Source: an uncultured Gemmatimonadales bacterium
Lineage (GTDB): Bacteria > Gemmatimonadota > Gemmatimonadetes > Gemmatimonadales > GWC2-71-9
NCBI GenBank assembly: GCA_963730185.1
Contig: CAVSQW010000007.1
Coordinates: 64,001-128,000, forward strand
DNA: 64,000 nt
Direction: 5' to 3'
Under the pieces are notes generated by a model, which searched no databases, had not been told where the DNA came from, and saw only the letters and a program-made list of their open reading frames with translations. The number at the start of each line of letters is the position of its first letter. The stretch's first letter is position 1. A program made the translations under genes and the position numbers. Below, piece after piece: positions 31,424-41,168 of this stretch.

Positions 31424-31990
31424 ATGCCCAGCATAGGCCACGTCGCCGTCGGGATGGCGGCGGGAAAAGGCGCGGCGCCGTCCCGGCCCGAGCGGTGGCG
31501 GTGGATCGTCGGGCTCGCCCTGGTGTCGAGCGCGGCCGACTTCGACCTCGTCCTACTCCTCGGCGGCGTGCCTTCCAACACCATCTGGGGGCATCGCGGG
31601 TTCACTCACTCGCTGGCGGCGGGAGTGGTGGCGGCGGGGTTGTTCGCGCTGGTGGCTCGCCGGTGGGGCGCCCGCCCGGGCCGGGCCTGGCTCATCGCCT
31701 TCCTGGTCTACGCGAGCCATCTGCTCCTCGACTCCATGAACGTGGGCACGCTCGGAGTTCCTTGGCTCTGGCCCTTCACCTCGGCGTACTACCGGTTGCC
31801 CTGGCGGCCGATCCCGTCGGTCCTGACGGCCCACGACTTCACGACCTGGCGAGGAGTGCCGGTGCTGCTGGCCGAGCTGGCGATCTTCAGCCCGGCCTTC
31901 GGCTACGCCTTGTGGGGGACGATCGGACGGCGCCGGGGAGCGTCGGCCGGCGACCGGCCGCTCGGCTCACCGGGTTGGCGGCAGCGATGA
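31424..31990 (+). CDS. Membrane metal-dependent hydrolase (YdjM family)
   Basis: N-terminal GH, DFD, HRGFTHS, SHLLLD and LWPF motifs. Confidence 0.88.
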   Translation: MPSIGHVAVGMAAGKGAAPSRPERWRWIVGLALVSSAADFDLVLLLGGVPSNTIWGHRGFTHSLAAGVVAAGLFALVARRWGARPGRAWLIAFLVYASHLLLDSMNVGTLGVPWLWPFTSAYYRLPWRPIPSVLTAHDFTTWRGVPVLLAELAIFSPAFGYALWGTIGRRRGASAGDRPLGSPGWRQR

Positions 31991-32737
31991 CGGGTCGAGC
32001 GCGGCGTTGAGTAGACCGGCCAGGCGCCGAGCGGCCAGCGCCATCCGGTCGAGCACCAGGTCCGAGCCCGCCCGGGCGTAGTCGTCATCGATGGGGTCGT
32101 CGCTCCTGACCCGGTACACCCGGTCCCGGGACAGGTCGTGCGATTCGGCCGCCCACTCCAGCACGTCGAGCGAGGGGGGTGGCAAGCGGGCAGCGCGGCG
32201 GGCCACCTCCGCGTCGAGGGCCACGTCGTCCAACCCAGCCCATGCCAGGAGCCCGCTGTCCCAGACCGAGTGGAGGTTGGTCTCCGCCCCCATGAAGGTT
32301 ACCCGAACGTCGTTGCCGCCCCGGTCGTGGTGCTCACCGACGTGAAGGGGCTGGTGGACGTCTCCTACGAAATGGGTCAGGTACCAGAGGGCTTCGCGTC
32401 GCGCGGCCCGGGGCGCGGTCGAGTCGACCAGCATCCGCCGAAACCAGGGGATGATCTCGATCACGCAGTCGCGGGTCGGACAGTCGCGGGCCTGGACGTA
32501 GCCGGCCGAGTCGATCGGGACGTCGACATAGTGCCAGGGGCCGGTCTCGCGGAGAGTCGAGCGGATCTCGTCGGCCCAGTTGGACGCGGCGATGAAGGCG
32601 GAGTCGGAGCCGGCGAGCTCCACGACTCTGGTGTGGGCGGTGGGGGTCAGGTAGTCGAGCGCCACCCGGGCGATGGCCCGGTGACCCGAAGGGCCCCAGA
32701 AGGCTGCCGAGACGGCGAGGAACCAGGATGCGAGCAT
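31967..32737 (-). CDS. S1/P1 nuclease
   Basis: Short signal peptide then WGPSGH; WADEIR, WHYVD, HFVGDVHQPLH, GGN and LHSVWD motifs. Confidence 0.93.
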   Translation of the reverse strand: MLASWFLAVSAAFWGPSGHRAIARVALDYLTPTAHTRVVELAGSDSAFIAASNWADEIRSTLRETGPWHYVDVPIDSAGYVQARDCPTRDCVIEIIPWFRRMLVDSTAPRAARREALWYLTHFVGDVHQPLHVGEHHDRGGNDVRVTFMGAETNLHSVWDSGLLAWAGLDDVALDAEVARRAARLPPPSLDVLEWAAESHDLSRDRVYRVRSDDPIDDDYARAGSDLVLDRMALAARRLAGLLNAALDPSSLPPTR

Positions 32738-32765
32738 GGGGAGCGACCGAGGACGTGAAAGCGAA

Positions 32766-32798
32766 GTGGCCGGTTACCCTACCACGGTAACCGGCCAC
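32766..32798 (-). terminator. Probable intrinsic terminator or processing hairpin
   Basis: Perfect 13-bp stem GTGGCCGGTTACC/GGTAACCGGCCAC with a 7-nt loop, then TTCGCTTTC on the minus strand. Confidence 0.65.
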
Positions 32799-32820
32799 CC
32801 GCTGGTAAAGCCAGTCGAGA

Positions 32821-33753
32821 TCAGTCTTCGACGATGATCAAGAACCTGGTGTTGGTCCAGAAGTTTTCGGGGTTGGTGATCTGGAGGTTGCCCCGGAACT
32901 TGCCCTTGTTGTCCGCCGGCACGTTGGCGAATGCCAGGTTCTGGTTGGTGACGATCTTGTAGTCCTTGTCCGCGCGCGGCAGCGGGATCTCCGTTACCTG
33001 GCGGCGATCGATCGCGGTGAAGAGCGACGGGTCGAGGCTGTCGGTCGGCTTCAGGGTCTCACCGGTTCGGGTGAAGATCAGGAACCGGGTGCCACCGACT
33101 TCCTTGATGATCCCCTTGTCCTCGAGCTCCTTCTTGGTGCCCACGACGTAGTAGACCGTGTTCTCCCGAGTGGTCATCGCCCCGACCGTATCGGTCAGCG
33201 TGGCGTTGGCGTCGGTGAGGGTGGTCACCTGGGCCTTGGTCTCGTTGAGCTCGGACTCCAGGTTGGCGATCGTCGTCTTCTGCCCCTCGACCATGCCCTT
33301 GAGGCCGTCGATGGTGGTCTGGAAGTCGGCGAGGGTCGCCTTCAGGCTGTCCGAGGTGGCACCAAGCCGGCGGACCCGACGCTGGCTCGCGGCGAGCCGG
33401 GACTCACTGGTCTTGAGCCGAGCGGTGATGTCCTCGACCTTCTTGAGCACCATGGCGCGATCGCTCGGTGACGCGGAGAGCTGGCTCTCCGGGTTCACGA
33501 CCGGCTCGACGCCCTTTTTCGACTTGGTGCTGACCGAGTTGAGCTCGGTATTGATGTCGGCCAGGACCTTGGTGGTCTCGGCCAGATCACGGAACAGGCT
33601 GTCCTTGGTGGCCGCGACGGCCGCCATCTGCTCGGTCTGAGTGCGGAAATATTCCGTGGAATCCGACGGAATCGACCGGACGACCTGGCCCTTGGGCGTG
33701 GTACTGCACCCCACGGCCGCCAGGACGACGATGCTAAGTAGCGCTCGGTTCAT
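32821..33753 (-). CDS. Coiled-coil lipoprotein with Cbp1-like C-terminal domain
   Basis: AVGC lipobox; long heptad region; YYVVGTKKEL..GII and LQITNPENFW resemble Bacteroidota Cbp1-type proteins (from recall). Confidence 0.6.
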   Translation of the reverse strand: MNRALLSIVVLAAVGCSTTPKGQVVRSIPSDSTEYFRTQTEQMAAVAATKDSLFRDLAETTKVLADINTELNSVSTKSKKGVEPVVNPESQLSASPSDRAMVLKKVEDITARLKTSESRLAASQRRVRRLGATSDSLKATLADFQTTIDGLKGMVEGQKTTIANLESELNETKAQVTTLTDANATLTDTVGAMTTRENTVYYVVGTKKELEDKGIIKEVGGTRFLIFTRTGETLKPTDSLDPSLFTAIDRRQVTEIPLPRADKDYKIVTNQNLAFANVPADNKGKFRGNLQITNPENFWTNTRFLIIVED

Positions 33754-33906
33754 GACTTACCCTCCACCTTTGATGGGCTCGGGGCTCTGGATGAACGCCC
33801 CTCGGTACAGCATGTCGGTGCAGCACGTAAGATCGCTAGTGATCTCGAGTACTCCAAGGGACGACGGGCGCGCCAGCGGTTGCACACCAATCCCCTCTCG
33901 GTCAAC

Positions 33907-33949
33907 TTGACACCCTGCGGGAACGGGCCCCAAATTGTTGTAGGACAAC
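33907..33949 (+). promoter_or_regulatory. Sigma70-like promoter with adjacent operator upstream of TonB receptor
   Basis: TTGACA (33907), 18-nt spacer, CAAATT, then palindrome GTTGT-AGG-ACAAC (33937-33949). Confidence 0.5.
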
Positions 33950-33993
33950 CGTTTCGGCCCCGCGAACACTCCCATACTCGTTTCGAGGACATA

Positions 33994-36813
33994 ATGCGCG
34001 CGTACCTGCGGACCTGGCTGGTGGCTGTGGCAGCGCTCGTGGCGTCGGTCGGGGTGGCGTCGGCTCAGACCGGCACCATCAAAGGCCGGGTCACCGACAG
34101 TACCCGGTCGCAGCCGCTGTCGGGTGCCCAGGTCAGCGTTCGGGATGCGTCCGGGCGACAGGTCGGGTCGGCGGTGTCCGCGTCGGGTGGCGACTACTCG
34201 GTCTCAGTGCCGGCCGGCACCTACCGGGTGCTGGTGTCGCTGATCCCGTTCGCGCCGAAGTCGTACGAGGGCGTGACCGTCACCGCCGGGGGGACCACGA
34301 CGGTCGATGTCCTGCTGATCTCCTCCACCTATCAGATGTCGGAAATGGTGGTCACGGCCGTTTCCAGGGTTCCCGAAAAGCTGACCGAGGCTCCGGCCGA
34401 GATCACCGTCATTCCGGCGGTCAAGATCCAGGAGCGGCCCAGCCTCACCGTCACCGATCAGCTGGCCGAGGTTCCCGGGGTGCAGATCTCTCAGGGCGGC
34501 TTGGTCCAGGCCAACGTGGTAGGCCGGGGGTTCAACAACATCTTCTCCGGTGCGCTGCTCACCATGATCGACAACCGGTATGCCTCGGTGCCGTCGCTCC
34601 GGGTCAACGTGCCGGCGTTCTTCCCGACCACCAACGAGGACATCGAGCGGATCGAGTTCGTGCTCGGACCCGGGGCGGCGCTCTACGGGCCCAACGCGGC
34701 CGACGGCGTGTTGGCGATCACCACCAAGTCGCCGATCACCTCGCCGGGGAACACCATCGCCTTCGAGGCGGGGGCCCGTTCGTCGTCGCCGTCGCGGCCC
34801 GCGGGGGCGCCCAGCGACGCGGCCGGGCTCTATCGGTTGAGCTTCCGGAGTGCCACGGCTTTCTCTCCCAAAGTGGGCTTCAAGATCTCGGGCGAGTACC
34901 TGAAGGGCACCGACTGGCGCTACGCCGACGCGGCCGATACGCTCTCGCCCGGCACCACGGCGAACTCGCGGACCGCGTGCTCCCTCTCGAGCCATCCGTT
35001 CGGCTGTCGCAACTTCAACCTCGAGAAGTGGAGCGGCGAGGCTCGGCTCGACGTCAAGCCGAACGAGAACACCGAGTGGATCACCAGCTACGGCCGGAGC
35101 CAGGCGGTGAGCCTGATCGAGCTCACCGGGATCGGGGCCGGTCAGGCGAAGGACTGGGTCTATCAGGACATTCAGACCCGGTTCCGCTACAAGGAGCTCT
35201 TTGCCCAGGCGTTCGTGAACTTCAGCAACGCCGGGCAGACCTTCCTGCTCCGGAGCGGTAACCCGATCGTGGACCGGTCGCGGCTCTGGGCCGGCCAGAT
35301 TCAGCACGGGTTCAGCATCGGAGCCAACGAGACGATCATCTACGGGGCCGACTACCTCTTCACCCAGCCGGTCACGGATGGCACGGTCAACGGCTCGAAC
35401 GAGGCCGACGACAACATCAAGGAAGTCGGCGGCTACGTCCACAGCGTGACCCACGTCAGTCCCAAGGTCGACGTGGTGGCCGCCCTCCGGGCCGACAAGC
35501 ACAACCGGCTGGACAAGGCGGTGTTCTCACCCCGGGTGGCGTTCGTGTTCAAGCCGAACGACGAAAACAACTTCCGGGTGACCTACAACCGCGCTTTCTC
35601 GACCCCGACCAGCAACAACCTGTCCCTCGACATCCTGGCGGGATCGGTGCCGCTCGGCGGCGGCCTGTCGTACGGGATCCGGGCGCTTGGCGTGCCGCAA
35701 GGGGGCTTCCACTTCCGAGCCAGCGGCGGGTGTACGGGCGGGGTGAGCAACCTCTGCATGCGGAGCCCGTTCGATCCGAGCAACACGCTCCTGCCGGCCA
35801 GCGCCAACCTGCTCTGGTCGGCGGCCGTGGCCGCGGTGCTACCGACCCTCCAGCAGATCAACCCGCAGCTGGCGGGCGCCCTCCAGGCCATCCCGACGCC
35901 CAGCGCCGCGCAGGTCGGGACCACGCTCCGGACGCTGAACCCGACCACGGCGTCGTTTACCGAGATCAATCCCGACAACGTCACCGACATCCAGACCCTG
36001 AAGCCCTCGATCACCAACACGGTCGAGCTCGGCTACAAGCTGGCCAAGGGGCGGAAGGCCAGCTTCTCGGTCTCGGGCTACTACGAACACCGGGAGAACT
36101 TCATCGGCCCGCTGATCGTCGAGACGCCCAACGTGTTCCTCGATCCGACCTCGCTGGCGAGCTACCTGGGCGCCGCTCTGGCCCAGGTGGGCGTCCCCGC
36201 GGCGCAGATCCCGGCCGCGGTGCAGGCCATCGCCGGCGGGATGGCGAAGGTGCCGCTCGCGACGGTCGTGCCCAACCAGGCCGGGACCGGCGGCTCGCGG
36301 GACGCGCTGGTCAACGATTCCGATCTCTTCCTGACCTACCGGAACTTCGGCACGGTCGACCTGTTCGGCGCCGACCTGGCGCTCGACTACGCCTTCAACG
36401 ATCGGTTCTCGTTCTCGGGTACCTACTCGTGGGTGAACAAGGATCTCTTCACGGCGGCCGACGTGGGCGGGCCGACCGACATCGCGCTCAACGCCTCCAA
36501 GAGCCACGGCTCGGCGGCCTTCCGGTATCGGAACGACGTGGCCGGCTGGGGCGCCGAGGTGCGGGTTCGGGCGGTGAAGGGCTTCCCGGTGAACTCGGGC
36601 GTCTACGTGAGTGAGAGCAAGAACGGGATCCTGCAGCCGACCGACAGCTACGGTGTGCTCGACCTGCAGGCCAGCTGGCGGCCCCCGGTCGGCGTTCGGA
36701 ACATGCTGATCTCGGCCACGATGACCAACGTGCTCAACCACGCTTACGCCACCTTCGTCGGCGTGCCGAAGCTCGGCCGCCTGCTGCTCACCAAGGTGTC
36801 GTACACGTTCTAG
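33994..36813 (+). CDS. TonB-dependent receptor with N-terminal carboxypeptidase-regulatory-like domain
   Basis: Signal peptide, GTIKGRV, plug motif IERIEFVLGPGAALYG, FSPRV, terminal SYTF. Confidence 0.95.
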   Translation: MRAYLRTWLVAVAALVASVGVASAQTGTIKGRVTDSTRSQPLSGAQVSVRDASGRQVGSAVSASGGDYSVSVPAGTYRVLVSLIPFAPKSYEGVTVTAGGTTTVDVLLISSTYQMSEMVVTAVSRVPEKLTEAPAEITVIPAVKIQERPSLTVTDQLAEVPGVQISQGGLVQANVVGRGFNNIFSGALLTMIDNRYASVPSLRVNVPAFFPTTNEDIERIEFVLGPGAALYGPNAADGVLAITTKSPITSPGNTIAFEAGARSSSPSRPAGAPSDAAGLYRLSFRSATAFSPKVGFKISGEYLKGTDWRYADAADTLSPGTTANSRTACSLSSHPFGCRNFNLEKWSGEARLDVKPNENTEWITSYGRSQAVSLIELTGIGAGQAKDWVYQDIQTRFRYKELFAQAFVNFSNAGQTFLLRSGNPIVDRSRLWAGQIQHGFSIGANETIIYGADYLFTQPVTDGTVNGSNEADDNIKEVGGYVHSVTHVSPKVDVVAALRADKHNRLDKAVFSPRVAFVFKPNDENNFRVTYNRAFSTPTSNNLSLDILAGSVPLGGGLSYGIRALGVPQGGFHFRASGGCTGGVSNLCMRSPFDPSNTLLPASANLLWSAAVAAVLPTLQQINPQLAGALQAIPTPSAAQVGTTLRTLNPTTASFTEINPDNVTDIQTLKPSITNTVELGYKLAKGRKASFSVSGYYEHRENFIGPLIVETPNVFLDPTSLASYLGAALAQVGVPAAQIPAAVQAIAGGMAKVPLATVVPNQAGTGGSRDALVNDSDLFLTYRNFGTVDLFGADLALDYAFNDRFSFSGTYSWVNKDLFTAADVGGPTDIALNASKSHGSAAFRYRNDVAGWGAEVRVRAVKGFPVNSGVYVSESKNGILQPTDSYGVLDLQASWRPPVGVRNMLISATMTNVLNHAYATFVGVPKLGRLLLTKVSYTF

Positions 36814-36875
36814 CGTCTCCCGGCGAGGGGCGGGCGTCCTGCCCGCCCCGACCCGGATCTCCGATTCCGAGAACC

Positions 36876-37559
36876 ATGACTGACGCGACGCTCGCCGAGC
36901 GCCACCCCTGGCTCGCCTGGGTGGTGCCCTTTGCCGTCTTCATGCTCTTGCTGGGCGTGGTGCCCGGGCTCGGACTCCCGGCCCGCCTCGACGCGGTGCT
37001 CCGGGTCGGGGTGCCGGCGCTCGCGATTCTGCTGGTGGCCCGGCCGGCACTCGACTTCGGGGTCGCCCGCCCGCTCGCCACGATCGGGGTGGGGATCGCG
37101 GTCTTCGCGCTCTGGATCGGTCCGGACCTGCTGGTGCCCGGGTACCGGGCCCACGTCATCTTCCAGAATGCCCTGACCGGCACCACCGAGAGCGGGGTGC
37201 CGGCCGCGGTCCGCTCGGACCCCGTGGTCCTGAGTCTTCGATTCCTGCGCGGGGCGATCGTGGTGCCGATCGTCGAGGAGCTCTTCTGGCGAGGCTGGCT
37301 CCCGCGGTGGCTCGACCGTCCCGACGACTTCCGGGCCCGGGCCCTCGGGTCGTTCACCCGGTTCTCGTTCTGGGCGACGGCGGTGCTCTTTGCGCTGGAG
37401 CACGGCCCCTACTGGGACGTGGGTCTCTTGGCGGGCCTGATCTACAACTGGTGGATGACCAGAACCCGGAAGATCGGAGATCTGATCCTCTGCCACGCGG
37501 TCACGAATGCCTGTCTGGGGGTCTACGTCCTGCTGTCGGGTCGATGGGGGTATTGGTGA
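36876..37559 (+). CDS. CPBP (CAAX prenyl protease-related) intramembrane protease
   Basis: VEELFWRG, FALEH and HAVTN motifs; hydrophobic. Confidence 0.9.
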   Translation: MTDATLAERHPWLAWVVPFAVFMLLLGVVPGLGLPARLDAVLRVGVPALAILLVARPALDFGVARPLATIGVGIAVFALWIGPDLLVPGYRAHVIFQNALTGTTESGVPAAVRSDPVVLSLRFLRGAIVVPIVEELFWRGWLPRWLDRPDDFRARALGSFTRFSFWATAVLFALEHGPYWDVGLLAGLIYNWWMTRTRKIGDLILCHAVTNACLGVYVLLSGRWGYW

Positions 37560-37677
37560 GGATGGTGAGTGGTGATTGGTGAGTGGTGAATAGGGAGGGA
37601 GTCGTGAATGGGCAGTAGGCCCTACCGCCTACTCACCACTCCCTCCCTAGTCACTACTCTCCAATCACAACTCCCTA
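37555..37677. repeat. Inverted heptamer-repeat hairpin, copy 2
   Basis: GGTGAGT GGTGATT GGTGAGT GGTGAAT AGGGAGGGAGT... mirrored unit by unit by ...ACTCACC ACTCCCTCCCT AGTCACT ACTCTCC AATCACA ACTCCCT. Confidence 0.9.
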
Positions 37678-38238
37678 CGTTCCCTTCCGGGCGGTCAGGA
37701 GGACCGTCGGTTCGGAGCTCAAGAGGCTGTCGGCGTCGAGGAAGATCCGGCGGACGCCCTTCCAGTAGGAACGCTTGGTGTGGGCGAGCTCGGTCTCGAT
37801 CACGCCCTTCCGGCGATTGGCGGCGTGGACGTACTTGCCGTCGCCAATATAGATGCCGATGTGGGTGATCCGCCGGCCCCGGCCGAACACCAGGAGATCG
37901 CCGGGGAGGAGGGCCGAGGTGTCCCTGGCGATCTCGATCCCGGCGTGGGCCTGCTCGGCCGCGGTGCGGGGCAGGTCGTGGCCGAACAGGGCGGCGATCC
38001 ACTGGACCAGGGCGCTGCAGTCGAAGGCCTTGCCGGGCTGTTTGGCGCCGAGGCGGTAGCGAAGTCCCACCTGCTGCCGGGTCAGATCGACCAGGGAATC
38101 GCGGCCGGCCAGGAGGGTGCGGCTCAGCGCTTCGAACGGCTTGGGTTGGGGGGTCTGGGCCTGGGCGCGACCGGTGGGAACCGCGGCAGCGGTGGCCCCG
38201 AGGCCCAGGACGAACGCGACCCGCCGAAAACCGTTCAT
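37675..38238 (-). CDS. NlpC/P60 (C40) peptidoglycan peptidase
   Basis: Signal peptide; FDCS, LPRTA, PGDLLVF, HIGIY and VHA motifs. Confidence 0.92.
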   Translation of the reverse strand: MNGFRRVAFVLGLGATAAAVPTGRAQAQTPQPKPFEALSRTLLAGRDSLVDLTRQQVGLRYRLGAKQPGKAFDCSALVQWIAALFGHDLPRTAAEQAHAGIEIARDTSALLPGDLLVFGRGRRITHIGIYIGDGKYVHAANRRKGVIETELAHTKRSYWKGVRRIFLDADSLLSSEPTVLLTARKGT

Positions 38239-38364
38239 GGCGGGCGTAACTAACCACGGAAACGCATTCCTGTCCACTTTGGAACCGGGCCGATCGGGCC
38301 TGCGGCAGCCCGACGGGAGTGATATACTTCCGTAGCACGGACTTACGGTCCGCGAGAATCCCTG

Positions 38365-39591
38365 ATGCTTCGAGTCACTCCTTTCCATCCGAGGACGTCC
38401 GTCCTCGTACAGGGCCAGGCCTGGCGCCGCTGGGCCGGGGCGACCGTGGCCTCGAGTTACGATCTGATCCCCGATCGGGAGTATGCCGCGATCCGGAGCT
38501 CGGTGGCCCTGCTCGACGTCTCTCCCCTCCACAAATATCTGCTCCGCGGGCCCGGCGCCGTTCGGCTGCTGGATCGGATGGTCACCCGGGACGTGACCCG
38601 GGCCAAGGTGGGGCAGGTGATGTACACCACCTGGTGCGACGGGCGCGGTAAGGTGATCGACGACGGGACCGTGAGCCGCTTGGACGAGACCACCTTCCGG
38701 CTCACCTCCGCGGAGCCCAACTTTCGATGGCTCGCCCGCAACGGCTTCCGCCTCGATGTCGAGGTCGAGGACGTGAGCGACTCGCTCGGGGCCCTGGCTC
38801 TCCAGGGGCCGCTGGCTCGTGACCTGCTCGAGGAGGTCGTGGAGGAGTCGGTGGCCGACCTGCGCTACTTCCGGGTAAGGCCCAATCGGATCGCCGGTCG
38901 GACGATCACGATCTCGCGAACCGGCTACACCGGCGATCTGGGATACGAGCTCTGGATCGACGCCGCCGATGCCCTCCCGGTCTGGGACGCGCTGGTGGAG
39001 GCCGGTCGGCGTTACGGGCTCACCCCGGCGGGCATCTGGGCGCTCGACCTGGCCCGGATCGAAGCCGGGCTGGTGATGCTCGACGTGGACTACCACTCGA
39101 GCCACCGGGCCTTGATCGACGACCAGACGTCGACGCCGTTCGAGCTCTCGCTCGACTGGACGGTCAAGCTCGACAAGGGACCCTACAACGGTCGGGCCGC
39201 GCTCCGGCGCGAGGCCGAACGGGGGCCGGCCTGGCGGTTCGTGGGCATCGAGGTCGACTGGGAGTCGCTCGAGGCGCTCTACGCCGAGCACCACCTGCCG
39301 CCTTCGCTCCCGACGGTGGCGTGGCGGGCCAGCGTGCCGCTCTATCGGGAGGGTGTCCAGATCGGCTACGCCTCCAGCGGGTGCTGGTCGCCGCTCCTCA
39401 AGCGCTACCTGGCCCTGGCCCATGTCCGGGCCGAGCACGCCGAGCCGGGCCGGTCGGTGGAGATGGAGATGACGGTCGAGCACCGGCGACGCCAGGCGGC
39501 GGCGCGGGTGGCCAAGCTGCCGTTCTTCGATCCCGAGCGGAAGAAATCGGGCGGACCGCCGGCCCCACGGCGCGACGGGGTGCCCGGGTGA
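38365..39591 (+). CDS. GcvT-family aminomethyltransferase-like folate-binding protein
   Basis: TPFH, DVSPL, IDDG, ALQGP, SRTGYTGDLGYE and RIEAG motifs; no gcvH or gcvP nearby. Confidence 0.9.
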   Translation: MLRVTPFHPRTSVLVQGQAWRRWAGATVASSYDLIPDREYAAIRSSVALLDVSPLHKYLLRGPGAVRLLDRMVTRDVTRAKVGQVMYTTWCDGRGKVIDDGTVSRLDETTFRLTSAEPNFRWLARNGFRLDVEVEDVSDSLGALALQGPLARDLLEEVVEESVADLRYFRVRPNRIAGRTITISRTGYTGDLGYELWIDAADALPVWDALVEAGRRYGLTPAGIWALDLARIEAGLVMLDVDYHSSHRALIDDQTSTPFELSLDWTVKLDKGPYNGRAALRREAERGPAWRFVGIEVDWESLEALYAEHHLPPSLPTVAWRASVPLYREGVQIGYASSGCWSPLLKRYLALAHVRAEHAEPGRSVEMEMTVEHRRRQAAARVAKLPFFDPERKKSGGPPAPRRDGVPG

Positions 39592-41168
39592 GCGGGGCGA
39601 ATCGGTACGACGCGATCGTGATCGGCGGCGGCCACAACGGGCTCGTCGCGGCGGCCTATCTCGCCCGGGCGGGCAAGCGGACCGTGGTCCTGGAACGGCG
39701 GCACCTGGTGGGCGGCGCCGCGGTGAGCGAAGAGGTCTTTCCGGGGTTCACCTTCTCGGTCTTCTCCTACGTGGTGAGCCTGCTCCGGCCCGAGATCATC
39801 CGCGACCTCGACCTTCCGGGGCACGGGCTCCAGATCCTGCCGCTCGAGAGCACCGTCACCCCGCTCGACAACGGCGACTACCTCGGGTCGTGGGCCGATC
39901 CGGACCTGTCCCGGCGGGAGCTCTATCGCCACTCGCCCCGGGACGCCGAGGCCGTGGTCGAATTCGGGCGGCTGATGCACCACATGGCCATGGCCGTGAG
40001 GCCGATTCTCGGGATGGTGCCGCCCGACCCGACCTCGCTCGCGCCCAGCGACCTCCGCGCGATGCTCAAGCTCGGCACCCACTTCCGCTCGCTCGGACCG
40101 GAGCGCTTCCACGCGCTCTACAAGCTGATGACGATGAGCTCGGCCGACTACCTGGACGAGTGGTACGAGTTCGACCCGCTCAAGGCCACCAAGTCGGCCA
40201 GCGGGATCATCGGAACCTTCCTGGGCCCCCGGTCGCCGGGGTCGGCGTACGTCCTGCTCCACCACTACATGGGCGAGATCGACGGCGCCTTCCGCGCGTG
40301 GGGCTTCGCCAAGGGCGGCACCGGGGCCATCTCCAATGCCATCGCGAGCGCCGCCCGGAGCTTCGGGGCGGAGATCCGGACCGAGGCGCCCGTCTCCCAC
40401 GTGATCGTGAAAGGCGGACGCGCCCAGGGCGTCGCGCTCGAGAACGGTGACGAGCTCGAGGCGCCGATCGTCATGTCGGGGCTCGACCCGCGCCGCACCT
40501 TCCTCGATCTGGTCGACTCGACCCAGTTGCCGGGCGAGCTGGTCGACGCCATCCGGAAGTTCCGGTTCCGGGGGTCGTCCGGGAAAGTGAACCTGGCGCT
40601 GAGCGAGCTGCCCGACTTCACCTGTCTCCCGGGTGAGGGGCCGCATCTTCGCGGGGCGATCTCGATCAGCCCGAGCGTCGAGTACCTGGAGCGGGCCTAC
40701 GACGACGCCAAGTACGGCGAGTTTTCGCGGCACCCCTACATGGACGTCATCCTCCCCTCGATGATCGACCCGGGGATGGCGCCGCCGGGCCAGCACGTGA
40801 TGAGCATCTTCGTCCAGTACGCGCCGTACCAGCTGAACGGCGGCTGGAATGACGAGCGGCGGGAGGCGTTCGGCGACGCGGTGATCGACACCCTCTCGCG
40901 CTACGCCCCCAACCTCAAGGGGGCGATCCTGCACCGGCAGGTGATCACCCCCGCCGACATCGAGCGGATCACCGGGCTCTCGGAGGGCAACATCTTCCAG
41001 GGCGAGCTGGCGCTGGAGCAGCTCTTCTTCCTCCGCCCGGCGCCGGCCTGGTCGAAGTACCGGACCCCGATCGAGGGCTACTTCCAGTGTGGGGCCGGCA
41101 CCCATCCGGGTGGTGGCATCATGGGAGCGTCGGGGCGGTTGGGCGCTCTGGCGGTGTTGGGGCGATGA
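39588..41168 (+). CDS. Phytoene-desaturase-family FAD oxidoreductase (PYROXD2-like), copy A
   Basis: GTGA overlap; IGGGHNGL, GGTGAI, TPADIE, GNIFQGE and GTHPGGG motifs. Confidence 0.9.
   Translation: MSGANRYDAIVIGGGHNGLVAAAYLARAGKRTVVLERRHLVGGAAVSEEVFPGFTFSVFSYVVSLLRPEIIRDLDLPGHGLQILPLESTVTPLDNGDYLGSWADPDLSRRELYRHSPRDAEAVVEFGRLMHHMAMAVRPILGMVPPDPTSLAPSDLRAMLKLGTHFRSLGPERFHALYKLMTMSSADYLDEWYEFDPLKATKSASGIIGTFLGPRSPGSAYVLLHHYMGEIDGAFRAWGFAKGGTGAISNAIASAARSFGAEIRTEAPVSHVIVKGGRAQGVALENGDELEAPIVMSGLDPRRTFLDLVDSTQLPGELVDAIRKFRFRGSSGKVNLALSELPDFTCLPGEGPHLRGAISISPSVEYLERAYDDAKYGEFSRHPYMDVILPSMIDPGMAPPGQHVMSIFVQYAPYQLNGGWNDERREAFGDAVIDTLSRYAPNLKGAILHRQVITPADIERITGLSEGNIFQGELALEQLFFLRPAPAWSKYRTPIEGYFQCGAGTHPGGGIMGASGRLGALAVLGR

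Noticed and set aside
33860..33885. Sigma-54 promoter at TTGCA upstream of the TonB receptor
   Set aside because: No GG at the required -24 position.
38365..39591. Canonical glycine cleavage gcvT
   Set aside because: No gcvH or gcvP and no glycine riboswitch upstream; only the family fold is supported.
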